DNA of 64,000 nucleotides, taken from a phage. The position numbers were made by a program, and so were the translations under genes. The notes under the pieces were generated by a model, which saw only the letters and a list, made by a program, of their open reading frames with translations, was not told where the DNA came from and searched no databases. Below are positions 18,617-28,709 of the stretch, one piece after another. The DNA is taken from the sequence record PZ338877.1; one strand, written 5' to 3'. How positions within the stretch are numbered: the stretch's first letter is position 1; every line of letters begins with the position of its first letter.

Positions 18617-19065
18617 TATTCATCTCGCTCGATAATAAATACGCCATTAACACGGTTGCAGTAATCTCTGCCTTCGTATCTGGCAGCATCACCATATTCT
18701 GTGTATTTCTTGACAGAGCAAGGATTCTGACGACGCATGTCAATGTCACACTGATTAATACCACCTGCATATGGCAGTCCTGAAACAGAGCTTTTAACAA
18801 GGTCGTCATAAACAGCTTTCAGAGATTTGAATCTGGAAGAGTTACGTAAATAAACACCACCAACCTTCTCATCTCCCATCTTGGCTACTTGAAAGAGTAA
18901 ATATTTAAGAGCTTTGATGGCTGCTTTCTTTTCATCCTTTCCAGATTCTAGATAGAACCACTCTAGCACAGACTGCTCAATAAGAATCTCATCATTATTG
19001 GTGTCTGTGCAGAGGATTCTTACTCTATCAAGAGGGTTATTGGCTGGGTCGCCTGTATAACACAT
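18616..19065 (-). CDS. head completion protein
   Basis: 149 aa immediately downstream of capsid gene. Confidence 0.4.
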   Translation of the reverse strand: MCYTGDPANNPLDRVRILCTDTNNDEILIEQSVLEWFYLESGKDEKKAAIKALKYLLFQVAKMGDEKVGGVYLRNSSRFKSLKAVYDDLVKSSVSGLPYAGGINQCDIDMRRQNPCSVKKYTEYGDAARYEGRDYCNRVNGVFIIERDE

Positions 19066-19085
19066 TCATAACCCTCCTAAATTTA

Positions 19086-20192
19086 TCAGCCACCTTTAGC
19101 GTCAGCACGAACATCTACCAGCAACTGAGGACGAGTACAGTATGGCAGCATGTAAGAGTGAGCTTCGAAGTCAATACCTTCGTCACGGTCTTTTTCGTAT
19201 TCGAATACGTACAGTTCCTGACCAAGTGTATTTGCATAACCCATCTTAGGACATGGGCCATATGCCACTTCGAAGATGTTGTTTGCTTCACCCAGCATAG
19301 AAACGTTAGGGAAAGCATGGCCTACACCAACAGTTGCTGCTACGCTATCAATGCTCACCAGAGTGTGAACCTTACCACGCTTGTCTTTGAACTTACCGTT
19401 GTACTGGACAAACTTAACACCACCGTAGTAGAAAGTGTTCATATGAGCCTGAACGCCGTCAGTACCACCAGTTCTCAGAGAACCAGTAATCTGTTGCCAA
19501 GCCAGTGGAGTCTGCTGTGCAAGATAAGCGTCACGAATCTTAGGATGCTTAACCAGTTTGCTGAAGAATACACGGTCAACAACTACGTGAATTTCTTCAC
19601 CGTTGATTACAGTGCCAGTCTTCGCTTCGTCTTCCATGTGCATACGCAGTTCTTCAATAGATGCGTCGATGTCAGCATTAGGGTTGTCAAGGTCGAAGTA
19701 AACAGTCTTCTTCTCAACGTCGAACTGCTTGTACAGGTCAGCATACAGCGTACCACGAGCATCAACAACTTTACCCTTCAGAGCTTGCATAAATAGGAAC
19801 TCACGAGTAATATCGAACTTGGTACGAATCTTCATCAGCTTCTTAGCACGTACTACAGCTTCAGTAGTCAGTTCGTTTGCAGTGCCTGGCTGACGTACAC
19901 CCTGAATTTCATCAGGAGTGATGCTTTCAACTTCTTTGAAGTACATCATTGGGAAGCTGATTTGACGAACACGCTCAGGTGCGCTAGTCTCTGCTTTACG
20001 GCTATCACGGTCTACCGCATCAAGCAAGCTAACATCCCAATCAGTCAAGTCCATAAGGAAAGTAGTTTGGGTGATTGGTGCTGAACGGAACAGACCTAAG
20101 TTGGAAATATACCCATAAGTATTTGGGATAGACTGGACTTCACCAGTCAGGTCAGCAAGGAAAAATCTGCTTTTTTCAGAATTAGTCAACAT
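19086..20192 (-). CDS. major capsid protein (lambda gpE-like)
   Basis: 368 aa; size/position after protease and decoration genes; GGAGA RBS. Confidence 0.75.
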   Translation of the reverse strand: MLTNSEKSRFFLADLTGEVQSIPNTYGYISNLGLFRSAPITQTTFLMDLTDWDVSLLDAVDRDSRKAETSAPERVRQISFPMMYFKEVESITPDEIQGVRQPGTANELTTEAVVRAKKLMKIRTKFDITREFLFMQALKGKVVDARGTLYADLYKQFDVEKKTVYFDLDNPNADIDASIEELRMHMEDEAKTGTVINGEEIHVVVDRVFFSKLVKHPKIRDAYLAQQTPLAWQQITGSLRTGGTDGVQAHMNTFYYGGVKFVQYNGKFKDKRGKVHTLVSIDSVAATVGVGHAFPNVSMLGEANNIFEVAYGPCPKMGYANTLGQELYVFEYEKDRDEGIDFEAHSYMLPYCTRPQLLVDVRADAKGG

Positions 20193-20225
20193 TGTAAAAT
20201 TCTCCAGAATGTCTTATTATTGTTA

Positions 20226-20603
20226 TTACAGGCCAGTTGGTACGAAATCAATACCTTTAGCAGCCAGAGCTTTCTTGACTTCAGTAGCGTCAACGCTTGA
20301 TTCAAGAGTCAGCATGTCTTTCAGTTCTGCGTCACGGTAAATACCAACAACTTTCAACTGACCATGATAAGACAGTTGCAGGTCTGCGTAGAAATTAACG
20401 ATACATACAGAGTCTGCTTGGGCTTCTTCTCCAGCTTGTACCTTAGTACCATCTGCTTTCAGAACTTCGCCTACACGGTATTCTGTAGATGCCTGTGGGG
20501 TGTACTCTTTACGAGAGTGGCCTGTTGGGGTAACCTGTTCCCAAAGAATGATATCATTCAGAGGTTCTCTTTTACCTAACTTAGTAAAACCTTGATATGC
20601 CAT
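20226..20603 (-). CDS. head decoration protein (gpD-like position)
   Basis: 125 aa between protease/scaffold and capsid genes. Confidence 0.5.
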   Translation of the reverse strand: MAYQGFTKLGKREPLNDIILWEQVTPTGHSRKEYTPQASTEYRVGEVLKADGTKVQAGEEAQADSVCIVNFYADLQLSYHGQLKVVGIYRDAELKDMLTLESSVDATEVKKALAAKGIDFVPTGL

Positions 20604-20614
20604 TATTGTGTTCC

Positions 20615-21961
20615 TTATTTGATAAGAGATTTTAGAGCATTCTGGAGAGCCAGTTTGCGTTGTTCAGCGGTGTCTTCGGAAGCATTCTTAGCTGGTTCTT
20701 TTTCTTCTTCAACCAAATCAGCTTCGCCGTCATTACCCACTTCTTCCATAGCGTTGGAATGTTCAAGAACAGCACCAGCAGTTTCTTTCAGCTTGGTAAT
20801 TTCTGATTCTTTTTCTTCCATTGCAGAAGCATGGGATGCGATAGTTTCATTAAGTTTCTGGTTAGCACCTTCCATAGCATTCATAAACAGAACACTCAGA
20901 GGGTTATCAAGACCAGCACCTAAAATAGTCGTTGCAGCTTCTTTTGCATCAAATCCAAAAGCTTCAGCAGAAGCAGAAATCTTATTAGTCAAATCTGACA
21001 AAGCAGCTTCCTGTTCTTTAGCTTTCATTTGAGCAACCTGAAGACGCAAAGCTTCTAGTTCTTGCTTTTCTTGTTCAGTCATTTCTTCACCTGAATTGTT
21101 AACGTTTAAACTTACAGGAGCCTCTTCAGAACCTTGTAAGTAATTTAAGAAATCATCTTGAGACATGATTGAGTTAATTAAACCAAGTTCAAGAGCTTCC
21201 TGAGCAGAATAAACATTCGCCTCAGTATTCTTTACAGCTTCTTCAGAGAGATTACGAGATTCAGCTACAAAACCTGTGAAGGTTGCGTAGGTATCATTAA
21301 TTCTCTTTTGAAGTCTTTCTTTGCTTTCTTCTGAAAGTGCTTGGAATGGTGAACCCATACCTTTAAACTCACCAGCTTTGATGACGTTAATTGTTACGCC
21401 ATTCTTTTCAAATGCCTTAGTCAATTCCTGATGAACCATGATTACACCAATAGAACCAACATCTGCATCTGGTGATGCAATAATTTCTTCAGCAGAAGAT
21501 GCAAGAGCATATGCAGCGGAACAAGCGAACTCATCTACATAAGCAATAATTTTCTTTTGGCCTCTTGAAGCCATAATGTGACGTGCTAATTCAAAGCAAC
21601 CTGAAGCTTCACCACCACCAGAATCAATATGCAGAACAATAGTCTTAATTGACTCATCTGCTAAAGCTTCGTCAAAGCCTCTACGTAAACCTTCATAAGA
21701 GCTTAAACCACCTGTACACATTGCATCAATGAATGTCATACGATGAGTTAAACCACCCATAATAGGAATAATAGCAATGTCATCTTTTACTTTTAAAAGA
21801 CTTCTTGCTTCACCTTTGGGTTTATCAAAGTTTACTGCTGCTTGGACATCACCCAGCAATCTGTTATTCACATAAGTTGCTGCTGAGTGAGCTAATGATT
21901 CAGTGGCTAGTAAAGGTTGGTTGAATAATCTATCAGCAAGTCTGAAGATATTCGAACTCAT
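20615..21961 (-). CDS. prohead protease fused to scaffold (S49/SppA-like)
   Basis: 448 aa; S49 peptidase-like core (IAIIPIMGG...HIDSGGG...) then Glu/Lys-rich coiled-coil C-terminus. Confidence 0.7.
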   Translation of the reverse strand: MSSNIFRLADRLFNQPLLATESLAHSAATYVNNRLLGDVQAAVNFDKPKGEARSLLKVKDDIAIIPIMGGLTHRMTFIDAMCTGGLSSYEGLRRGFDEALADESIKTIVLHIDSGGGEASGCFELARHIMASRGQKKIIAYVDEFACSAAYALASSAEEIIASPDADVGSIGVIMVHQELTKAFEKNGVTINVIKAGEFKGMGSPFQALSEESKERLQKRINDTYATFTGFVAESRNLSEEAVKNTEANVYSAQEALELGLINSIMSQDDFLNYLQGSEEAPVSLNVNNSGEEMTEQEKQELEALRLQVAQMKAKEQEAALSDLTNKISASAEAFGFDAKEAATTILGAGLDNPLSVLFMNAMEGANQKLNETIASHASAMEEKESEITKLKETAGAVLEHSNAMEEVGNDGEADLVEEEKEPAKNASEDTAEQRKLALQNALKSLIK

Positions 21962-21972
21962 TTTTACTCACC

Positions 21973-22305
21973 CTATTTGTTTAAATCTACAGAGACTGAA
22001 GAGATAACATAGATACCTTCTTCAGCAAAGAATTGAGGTTTGCTAAGAGCACCAGTTGCCACGCATTTATTGTTAGCATCCCACAAGCTATAGTGTGAGA
22101 CCGTTGCAGAAGCTGGGACAGTAATATTAACTGTGTCTTCTGAGGCAATTAAGCCATTATCCGGTTCAGAAAAATAAATAGCCACTGGCTGAGTAACCTT
22201 ATTTGCTGTAGGGTCTGCCGTTGGGTCTACATTGTGTAAAATAATAGTCGTTGGGGTTAGCGTGGCGAGGATTTTATTCTTACCATCAATAGTTAATGTT
22301 CCCAT
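21973..22305 (-). CDS. hypothetical head-module protein
   Basis: 110 aa; beta-rich. Confidence 0.4.
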   Translation of the reverse strand: MGTLTIDGKNKILATLTPTTIILHNVDPTADPTANKVTQPVAIYFSEPDNGLIASEDTVNITVPASATVSHYSLWDANNKCVATGALSKPQFFAEEGIYVISSVSVDLNK

Positions 22306-22805
22306 TAATTAAACCTTACTTTTTGTTTAAGGACTGTTGAATGGTTACCAGATTCATCTACCACATTTACAATCATATCATATACTTTACCTTTGACAAG
22401 TACTTTGTAATCATTTTGTGAAAAAATGTATTCAAGTCTGTTTGTTTCTTTATTAACTGTCATTGGAGATTGAAATGCAGTGTCGAGGGTAATGAAAGCG
22501 GCTTCAATGCTATTAACATTGATACGTTTATTCTCGCAGTTATATAACTTTACACCCAAAAGGCATGAACTGTCAAATGGAATTTTAACAATTTCACTAC
22601 AATTTCCTGAAATAAACGGTTTTCCACTCATTGGTGCATCAAGTAACCTACAAATAGTGAAAACGTCAGAGATTCCACCATCACTAACATAACCTGAAAG
22701 GCTGACCCTTGAGCCAGCCTCTACAGATAGCTTATCAGTAATGATAAGGACACCTCTATACGAATGCACTCGTGTAGCATTTGAAATAGAGATAACTTCA
22801 GCCAT
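22305..22805 (-). CDS. hypothetical head-module protein
   Basis: 166 aa; abuts portal stop. Confidence 0.4.
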   Translation of the reverse strand: MAEVISISNATRVHSYRGVLIITDKLSVEAGSRVSLSGYVSDGGISDVFTICRLLDAPMSGKPFISGNCSEIVKIPFDSSCLLGVKLYNCENKRINVNSIEAAFITLDTAFQSPMTVNKETNRLEYIFSQNDYKVLVKGKVYDMIVNVVDESGNHSTVLKQKVRFN

Positions 22806-24271
22806 TATTTATTTGCCTTATTTGCTGTGCTTGGGTCTTTTGCTGAAGGTGTCTTTGCAGTACCTTCTCCAGCGGTCTTATAACCATCTCCTGAACGGCT
22901 TTGGCTATTCGGAGAAAGCTTTTCAGATACTGGCTGAGACTCATCAGCAGGAGGAAGACCAATATGCTCTCTAAGTTTGTTAGATAGCTCTTTGTCAACT
23001 TCCAAAGCACCTACTGCAACAGTCTTCTGAATATAAGAACCAATTGCTTCAAGGTCTGGAGTTTCGATATCATCATATGTGATTTGTACATGTTCTTCAT
23101 CATCCCACATATTAAGAGCATAAGTCTGCGCAACTAAATCACGGTTAATTACGTTCTTAATTTGCTTCAGCAGAATATCTACTGACATTGCTAATAAGCT
23201 TGTCTTAGAATCTGCAAGAGAGAATGAACCATATTTTGACTGACCCATAGCAAGAACATCTGACATAAATGCCATCATAATCTGCTTAGAATACCTGTCA
23301 ATAATAGAACCTGTGTCATATGCTTTAGCACCCTGTCTAGAAACTAATGAGAACTCAAAAATATCCTCTTTAGTATCTGGGTCGATATATCTAGGCCAGA
23401 TTAAACCTGCTCTGTCGTTAGCAATCATATCATTAACAACAGTTTTGCAGTATTGTACGAAAGCTTTCTTTTCAGGTTCTGCATTTTCATCCAGATAATC
23501 TGGTGGTAAACCAATCTTTGGCATACCCACTAAGTCTCTTGAAACACCAACAGCTTCATACTCTTCAATCTGTACTTTATACTTCCACGGTACATAAGCA
23601 TTAAGTAATGGTGAACGACCTTCTGGGTTACCATACTCATCATCATACTTAAACAGCATGAATTTAGCTCGTGGGAGTTTTCTTGTTAGTGGTCTTTCTC
23701 CAAGATTAATTGCTCCAGCAATATGTGAAACATTTCTCAGATTTTGTCTTACACCAGTAACTTTTCTAAAGTCTTCGTCAAAATACCACTTATCAAGTGT
23801 TGACTGGTTTCTGATTGGTAATTTAGCCCACCCAATTAGACCATCATCAAATTTTGACTGATACTTTCCTTTCTTACCCTGACGTTTCTTATAAACCTTT
23901 TCGTTAACACAGAACCCATAAGTGCAGAATGACATTACAGAGTTAATAAAATCTGCCCAATCATGCTCCATGTCATCCATTAAAGAATTAAAGAAGTCTG
24001 CTCTTTCAAGCATTTTAGGGTCTTGCTCTTTTCCCTTTGGAGGTACGAATCTCCAGTTGACTTTTCTGACAAACATCTTAATAATATTTACAGATGCTGC
24101 TACAGCAGGGTCACGCATCATTAATTGGAAAGTTTTAATACTTTCAGGGAACCTTAGTGCCTGACGAGGTTCTTCATAGATTCTACCATTCTTAACCTTC
24201 AGACCCAAAGAACCTACTTCACCCATTCTAAATGGTGGTAAGCTTTCTTGTGTTTCTGTAATTTCTGCCAT
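22805..24271 (-). CDS. portal protein
   Basis: Track ORF trimmed to Met4 (first codon appears non-ATG; AGGTGAG RBS); ~488 aa directly downstream of terminase. Confidence 0.7.
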   Translation of the reverse strand: MAEITETQESLPPFRMGEVGSLGLKVKNGRIYEEPRQALRFPESIKTFQLMMRDPAVAASVNIIKMFVRKVNWRFVPPKGKEQDPKMLERADFFNSLMDDMEHDWADFINSVMSFCTYGFCVNEKVYKKRQGKKGKYQSKFDDGLIGWAKLPIRNQSTLDKWYFDEDFRKVTGVRQNLRNVSHIAGAINLGERPLTRKLPRAKFMLFKYDDEYGNPEGRSPLLNAYVPWKYKVQIEEYEAVGVSRDLVGMPKIGLPPDYLDENAEPEKKAFVQYCKTVVNDMIANDRAGLIWPRYIDPDTKEDIFEFSLVSRQGAKAYDTGSIIDRYSKQIMMAFMSDVLAMGQSKYGSFSLADSKTSLLAMSVDILLKQIKNVINRDLVAQTYALNMWDDEEHVQITYDDIETPDLEAIGSYIQKTVAVGALEVDKELSNKLREHIGLPPADESQPVSEKLSPNSQSRSGDGYKTAGEGTAKTPSAKDPSTANKANK

Positions 24272-24287
24272 TCTTCTCACCTAGCTA

Positions 24288-25889
24288 TCAACGTCTAAGC
24301 CCCTCATATGGGTTTCCTCTCACTAAGTCTGTGTGAGCACCCATTGATGGTGGCTTGAATAATTTAACTTCGTTAAGACTGTTGAAAGCATCACTGGTAG
24401 CATCCACTTGGTCATCTTTAGTTTTACCGTCACCACAAAAACCTTCAAGTTCTTGAAAGTAAGCTTCGTTCCAACTGCCTCTCAAGACTTTTACAAGTCC
24501 AGCTTCAGAAGCAGCAGAAAATCCCGCAAAGCGGGTAACTTTATCTTTATTTGTTGGTTTAGCTCTTGCGCGATAACCTTTCTCGGCAAGTTTCCTGATG
24601 AGGGATGTTGCATAGGATTTACCAGCAGCGCCTGGGTCTTGAGGGATAAAAATACCAGTTCGCTTACCGTCACTTTCAGCAGTCAAATTAATTTGTGTTT
24701 CGACTCCAGAGGGTCTATCTCTAAATCTTACTACATCAATGATATAATAGCAACCGTCTTTTTTAGATTTACCCATCTTAACACCCGCTGTCCAGTCTGG
24801 GTTAGGGTTAATTTCAGATGGTAAAGTTGCTGCTAAGTCCCATGCTCTGACATCAAACACATCTTCTGGGAGTGAATCAACAATCTCACACCATTGTCTT
24901 TGCCAATAGTTTGAACCTTCTGCACGAGCCTTCCAGTTACCGAAACGAAGTCTTGCAACGTTTACAGGTGTGTTGTTTTCCAACTTACCACGATACTTAG
25001 GCTCTAAGAAGTCAAGAATTGGGTTATCATCAATCGTACCAGAGATGAAGGTGTATGTCTGAGGAATCTCAAGAGGGAACATTTCAAGAATCTTGTCTCT
25101 CTCCCAATCAGAAACCATCACACCATCATTCATAACATACCAACGAATACGACCACATTTCTCAGGGTCTGGGTAACCTTCTTCATCTAAGAATGGCTCT
25201 ACCCAATCATAAATGAAGTGGTCTCTATCTGGGTTCATAGAAATCTTCATGTATGAATCGCCTTCAGCACCAGAACGTAGACGGGTCTGTAGGTATGAAA
25301 TCTGTGAAGCAGAAAAGTGCGTACCTTCGTCAAAGTAGATAGCTGAGTACTCAATACCCTGATGACCTTCAGCGTGCTTTTCAAGTTCTAGGTAGGTAAA
25401 CTTAATAGTTGCCCCAGAAGGGAACGTGATAGTCATCTTCTGCTCGTGAGGAACCCCACCAAACTTACCAAATAGTTTCTTTGCAGCAGGCCATAAACCA
25501 CCTTGTAACTGTGTTGTATTTCGACGGAAATATACAGCGTTATAGTTAGGGTCTTCAATAAACCTTAAAGAGTCCATTAACAATGCAGCAGTCTTACCAG
25601 CACCAGCAGCACCACCATATAGAACCAAGTCAGCATTAGTATTTAAAAAGACCTCTTGAGAACCCGGCTGAGGGGCTACATAGTTCTTATCAGTCATCAA
25701 TTTGAAGATAAGTCTAACTTGGTCTGGTGTGTATCTTAATAAAGTCAGAATTTGAGTTGGAAGGAATTTAGAGGGGTCTTTACCGAATGATTTGATAATT
25801 TCTTTTACTTCATCAGAAAGCCCCAACTCTCCAGCTAGGACTTTCCTAACATCTTCCACTCGCTTCTGCTTAACAGCATTTAAGTCCAT
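24288..25889 (-). CDS. terminase large subunit
   Basis: Trimmed to Met6 with GGAGGTG RBS; Walker A GGAAGAGKT; ~533 aa. Confidence 0.85.
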   Translation of the reverse strand: MDLNAVKQKRVEDVRKVLAGELGLSDEVKEIIKSFGKDPSKFLPTQILTLLRYTPDQVRLIFKLMTDKNYVAPQPGSQEVFLNTNADLVLYGGAAGAGKTAALLMDSLRFIEDPNYNAVYFRRNTTQLQGGLWPAAKKLFGKFGGVPHEQKMTITFPSGATIKFTYLELEKHAEGHQGIEYSAIYFDEGTHFSASQISYLQTRLRSGAEGDSYMKISMNPDRDHFIYDWVEPFLDEEGYPDPEKCGRIRWYVMNDGVMVSDWERDKILEMFPLEIPQTYTFISGTIDDNPILDFLEPKYRGKLENNTPVNVARLRFGNWKARAEGSNYWQRQWCEIVDSLPEDVFDVRAWDLAATLPSEINPNPDWTAGVKMGKSKKDGCYYIIDVVRFRDRPSGVETQINLTAESDGKRTGIFIPQDPGAAGKSYATSLIRKLAEKGYRARAKPTNKDKVTRFAGFSAASEAGLVKVLRGSWNEAYFQELEGFCGDGKTKDDQVDATSDAFNSLNEVKLFKPPSMGAHTDLVRGNPYEGLRR

Positions 25890-25910
25890 TAAGCACCTCC
25901 GCAAATAGAA

Positions 25911-26111
25911 TTATTCAGAGTCTGTAGCAGTCTCTTCTTTCTTAACTTCGAACTTTGCATCAACAGCATCAAGAAGTGCATCCATAGATGCTTCTTTGAT
26001 ATCAATACCTGTTGCTACAGACAATCTGTCTGCAATTGCCATGATAGTATTCTGCATAAATTCTAGCTTCTTATTAGCTTCATAAAGTTCTTTATAAACG
26101 GTCTCGCTCAT
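25911..26111 (-). CDS. hypothetical small protein upstream of terminase
   Basis: 66 aa, acidic; could be a small terminase-associated factor. Confidence 0.4.
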   Translation of the reverse strand: MSETVYKELYEANKKLEFMQNTIMAIADRLSVATGIDIKEASMDALLDAVDAKFEVKKEETATDSE

Positions 26112-26145
26112 TATGTTTTCTCCAAATAATTAACCATGTTTCCCC

Positions 26146-26171
26146 TTAAAAAAGACGGTACAGAGACCGTC
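26146..26171 (-). terminator. intrinsic terminator downstream of tRNA cluster
   Basis: GACGGT-loop-ACCGTC hairpin followed on minus strand by T-run. Confidence 0.5.
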
Positions 26172-26333
26172 AAGGAGAAACCACAATGTACGTCAGAGAC
26201 ATACTGTATAAGGCTTCTTATAAAGTATAACTCTGTAAAAAAGCCCTGTCTAAAAATACTCTTCGGTAGCGAAAGGAAGAATACTTATAGCAGGGCATTA
26301 TTATTATTTTAATTGAGAGAGAGTAAAATAACT

Positions 26334-26409
26334 TGGAGAATCCGAAGGGACTCGAACCCTTATAAACCTGTTTTGCAGACAGGCACATATCCATTTCTGT
26401 CACGGATTC
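26334..26409 (-). tRNA. tRNA-Cys (GCA)
   Basis: 7-bp acceptor pairing, T-loop TTCGAGT, anticodon loop CT-GCA-AA on reverse complement. Confidence 0.6.
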
Positions 26410-26413
26410 AAAT

Positions 26414-26506
26414 TGGAGGAAGATACCAGACTTGAACTGGTACACCGATTTCTCAGCTACTGGCAGTTTAGCAAACTGCTCCCTTACCTTTTAGGGTTAA
26501 TCTTCC
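26414..26506 (-). tRNA. tRNA-Ser (GCT), long variable arm
   Basis: 93 nt; acceptor pairing ATCTTCC/GGAAGAT, T-loop TTCAAGT, anticodon loop TT-GCT-AA. Confidence 0.6.
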
Positions 26507-26507
26507 A

Positions 26508-27242
26508 TTATTTCTGTAATGCGTTCTTCATTTCTGGTGTTGCAATAGTGTCAATCACACCAGTTTTACAAGCATCATCAAACCAGTCTGGTAAGATACC
26601 TGCTAAGAACCCATTGATATTCGTTTTAAGGTACTCTGCAATAAGGGCAGCTTCTTCTTCAATCATCTGCACAACTTCATCTGCATAAGCTGTAATCTTC
26701 GAGATACCTTCATTAATCTTACTAACAGCTTGATTAGCTAAATCAGAAATAGTATCAAGACCTTTATCAATAGCATCCTGTAAGTCGCTTAATACACCAT
26801 TAACGCCATCTAGTGTGCTGTTAATTGTATCCATAGCTTTTTGACCATACTCTGTAGCAACACCCATAATACCACTAAATGGTGTACAACCAACTTGCTC
26901 TCCTGCTGCACCCATAACATTGGAGTAGCCTTTTGCTACCTGCATACGTGAGGAAAACTCATCAATAGATTTTTGACCATAATCTGTCAATGTTTTAGTA
27001 GTTGCTGTAGTGCTTGTCAGACTCGTTGTAAAGCTATTAAGCAGAACTGTTGTAAGTCCAGCAGCAATGAGCTTATCCTTCATTGTAGGGTCTGTTACAG
27101 AGCTAATAGAGCTTACAAGTGATGTAGAGGCAGCTACGGTTCCACCTAGAACTGCTGCACCAGTAATAAGGGGATTAGAAAACCCTCTACCGGTTTTTAA
27201 GAGATTAAAAATCTCCTTACCTTGTTCTGTCATCTCTTTCAT
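26508..27242 (-). CDS. hypothetical protein embedded in tRNA cluster
   Basis: Track ORF trimmed to Met22 (AGGTG RBS) because upstream part overlaps a tRNA; 244 aa. Confidence 0.5.
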   Translation of the reverse strand: MKEMTEQGKEIFNLLKTGRGFSNPLITGAAVLGGTVAASTSLVSSISSVTDPTMKDKLIAAGLTTVLLNSFTTSLTSTTATTKTLTDYGQKSIDEFSSRMQVAKGYSNVMGAAGEQVGCTPFSGIMGVATEYGQKAMDTINSTLDGVNGVLSDLQDAIDKGLDTISDLANQAVSKINEGISKITAYADEVVQMIEEEAALIAEYLKTNINGFLAGILPDWFDDACKTGVIDTIATPEMKNALQK

Positions 27243-27260
27243 TAAGCACCTTTGAAATTG

Positions 27261-27335
27261 GTAGTCCAGTGGGATTTGAACCCTCTTCTCATGTTTTTCA
27301 GACACGCGCTTTAACCATATAAGCTACTTGGACTA
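27261..27335 (-). tRNA. tRNA-Phe (GAA)
   Basis: 7-bp acceptor TAGTCCA/TGGACTA, T-loop TTCAAAT, anticodon loop CT-GAA-AA. Confidence 0.55.
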
Positions 27336-27340
27336 TAAAT

Positions 27341-27416
27341 TGGGGTGACCTACGGGATTTGAACCCGTATAGACCATGTTCACAGCATGGGTCATTACCA
27401 TTTATGATAAGGCCAC
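27341..27416 (-). tRNA. tRNA-His (GTG)
   Basis: Acceptor pairing with one G-U, T-loop TTCAAAT, anticodon loop CT-GTG-AA. Confidence 0.6.
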
Positions 27417-27447
27417 ATTTAAGGACTCTCGTAAGAATCCTTAGAAG

Positions 27448-27523
27448 TGGCAGCGGCATAAGGATTTGAACCTTAATAAGACAGCTTCAGAGACTGCTGC
27501 ATTGCCAGTTATGCTATACCGCT
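27448..27523 (-). tRNA. tRNA-Gln (CTG), tentative
   Basis: Acceptor pairing, T-loop TTCAAAT; anticodon loop read as CT-CTG-AA with wobble-rich stem. Confidence 0.45.
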
Positions 27524-27528
27524 AAATT

Positions 27529-27599
27529 TGGTACTCCATATCGGATTCGAACCGATACATAACACAGATTTTAAGTCTGGCCTCTCTGCCAATTGGAGT
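27529..27599 (-). tRNA. tRNA, isotype undetermined (possible TAA anticodon)
   Basis: T-arm ATCGG-TTCGAAT-CCGAT and acceptor pairing clear; anticodon arm ambiguous, short body. Confidence 0.4.
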
Positions 27600-27609
27600 A
27601 ATGGAGCAT

Positions 27610-27685
27610 TGGCGGGGGATGTTGGAATTGAACCAACTTCTTCGATTTCAAAGACCGAGGTTTTAACCTTGTAAACTAATCCCCT
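27610..27685 (-). tRNA. tRNA-Gln (TTG)
   Basis: T-loop TTCAATT, anticodon stem TCGGT/ATCGA, loop CT-TTG-AA. Confidence 0.5.
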
Positions 27686-27693
27686 TTAAATCT

Positions 27694-28251
27694 TTACTTT
27701 CTTAGTGGATGAATAAAGAATGCCAACATAACTCTTTCCCTTGAGAATGCTCTTTCTTCTGGGACAACACTTTTAAGTTTCCATCCAACATAAATTCTCC
27801 AGTAGAATTGTTTACCAAAGACTTTAATTGATGGGATAAAGGCGAATAATCCCCAAGCATTACTGTTCCACATTAGGAGATAACCTGTCTGATTATCTTC
27901 AGGGTCAGAACTTACGTTGATATTACCTTTCCACTTAGTAACATCTTTTACATCTCTTCCTAACACATGGTAAGAGAAGTTATAAGCTTTGTTTCTCCAG
28001 AGCCATCCAACTCTCTGCAAATAGACACCCAGCTTACCAATCTTTCTAATCTTAGCCCATCTTTTAATGTGACCTTCATCACCATCAATTGGGTTGTCAT
28101 ATGTCTCCATCCATCTGAATCCGAAAGGTAGATGTCCTTTCTTCTCACTATAGAATGGAACTACAAAAGGTGCTAAGATAACTGCTAAGGTTGCTGCCAA
28201 TGGGTCTAACAAAGCTAGGAAAATCCATGAAGCATACTTCAAATATCTCAT
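27694..28251 (-). CDS. membrane protein embedded in tRNA cluster
   Basis: 185 aa; hydrophobic N-terminal segments, Trp/Lys-rich. Confidence 0.5.
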   Translation of the reverse strand: MRYLKYASWIFLALLDPLAATLAVILAPFVVPFYSEKKGHLPFGFRWMETYDNPIDGDEGHIKRWAKIRKIGKLGVYLQRVGWLWRNKAYNFSYHVLGRDVKDVTKWKGNINVSSDPEDNQTGYLLMWNSNAWGLFAFIPSIKVFGKQFYWRIYVGWKLKSVVPEERAFSRERVMLAFFIHPLRK

Positions 28252-28270
28252 CTAAATAGCCTCTTTAAAT

Positions 28271-28346
28271 TGGTGCAGGATAAGGGATTCGAACCCCTAT
28301 TAACAGCTTCGTAGACTGCTGCTCTATCCATTTGAACTAATCCTGC
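28271..28346 (-). tRNA. tRNA-Arg (ACG)
   Basis: Exact 7-bp acceptor GCAGGAT/ATCCTGC, T-loop TTCGAAT, anticodon loop CT-ACG-AA. Confidence 0.5.
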
Positions 28347-28460
28347 TTACCTACAAGAACACCATACAGTTTTTCACAATCTTTGTTTTTACGTCTGTTT
28401 AGGTATGACGCTCTAAACTTTTTTGCTATTGACTTATCACTCATAGTGCTCTCCCAAAAT

Positions 28461-28538
28461 TGGTGTTCCAAGACGGATTCGAACCGTCACTAGTACAAGG
28501 TTTGAGCTTGCATCCTCTGCCAATTGGGATATTGGAAC
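28461..28538 (-). tRNA. tRNA with CAA anticodon (Leu-type anticodon but short type-I body)
   Basis: Perfect 7-bp acceptor GTTCCAA/TTGGAAC, T-arm GACGG-TTCGAAT-CCGTC, anticodon stem GCAAG/CTTGT, loop CT-CAA-AC. Confidence 0.45.
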
Positions 28539-28539
28539 A

Positions 28540-28612
28540 TGGTGCTCACTAAAGGACTTGAACCTTTTTCTTCATCTTGTAAGGGTGATGTTTTACCATA
28601 TAAACTAAGCGA
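28540..28612 (-). tRNA. tRNA-like sequence (possible pseudo-tRNA)
   Basis: Good T-arm AAAGG-TTCAAGT-CCTTT and CCA end, but acceptor and anticodon stems pair poorly. Confidence 0.3.
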
Positions 28613-28705
28613 GTATGAAAGAGGTCTGAAGTTGTGCCGCTCACTCAACTCCGTGGAATTTGTTACGGTCTTCAGTTGACACCAGCGGTCTTTCACTTGA
28701 CCTCT
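28612..28705 (-). ncRNA. structured RNA candidate bounded by 7-bp terminal inverted repeat
   Basis: AGAGGTC...GACCTCT ends; internal CTGAAGACCGT motif similar to the repeated elements further right. Confidence 0.25.
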
Positions 28706-28709
28706 GAAT

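Noticed and set aside
19158-19796. 212-aa plus-strand ORF
   Set aside because: Antisense to the major capsid gene, with no RBS; this and similar antisense ORFs inside tape measure, protease, portal, terminase, rIIA and Nampt are treated as frame artefacts
26218-26688. Track ORFs 26218-26445 (-) and 26413-26688 (+)
   Set aside because: They overlap tRNA-Cys and tRNA-Ser and have no RBS; the tRNAs explain the sequence
28347-28458. 36-aa minus-strand ORF and TTGACT promoter-like hexamer in the gap between tRNAs
   Set aside because: Too short, and it overlaps tRNA-Arg; the promoter-like match is isolated and unsupported
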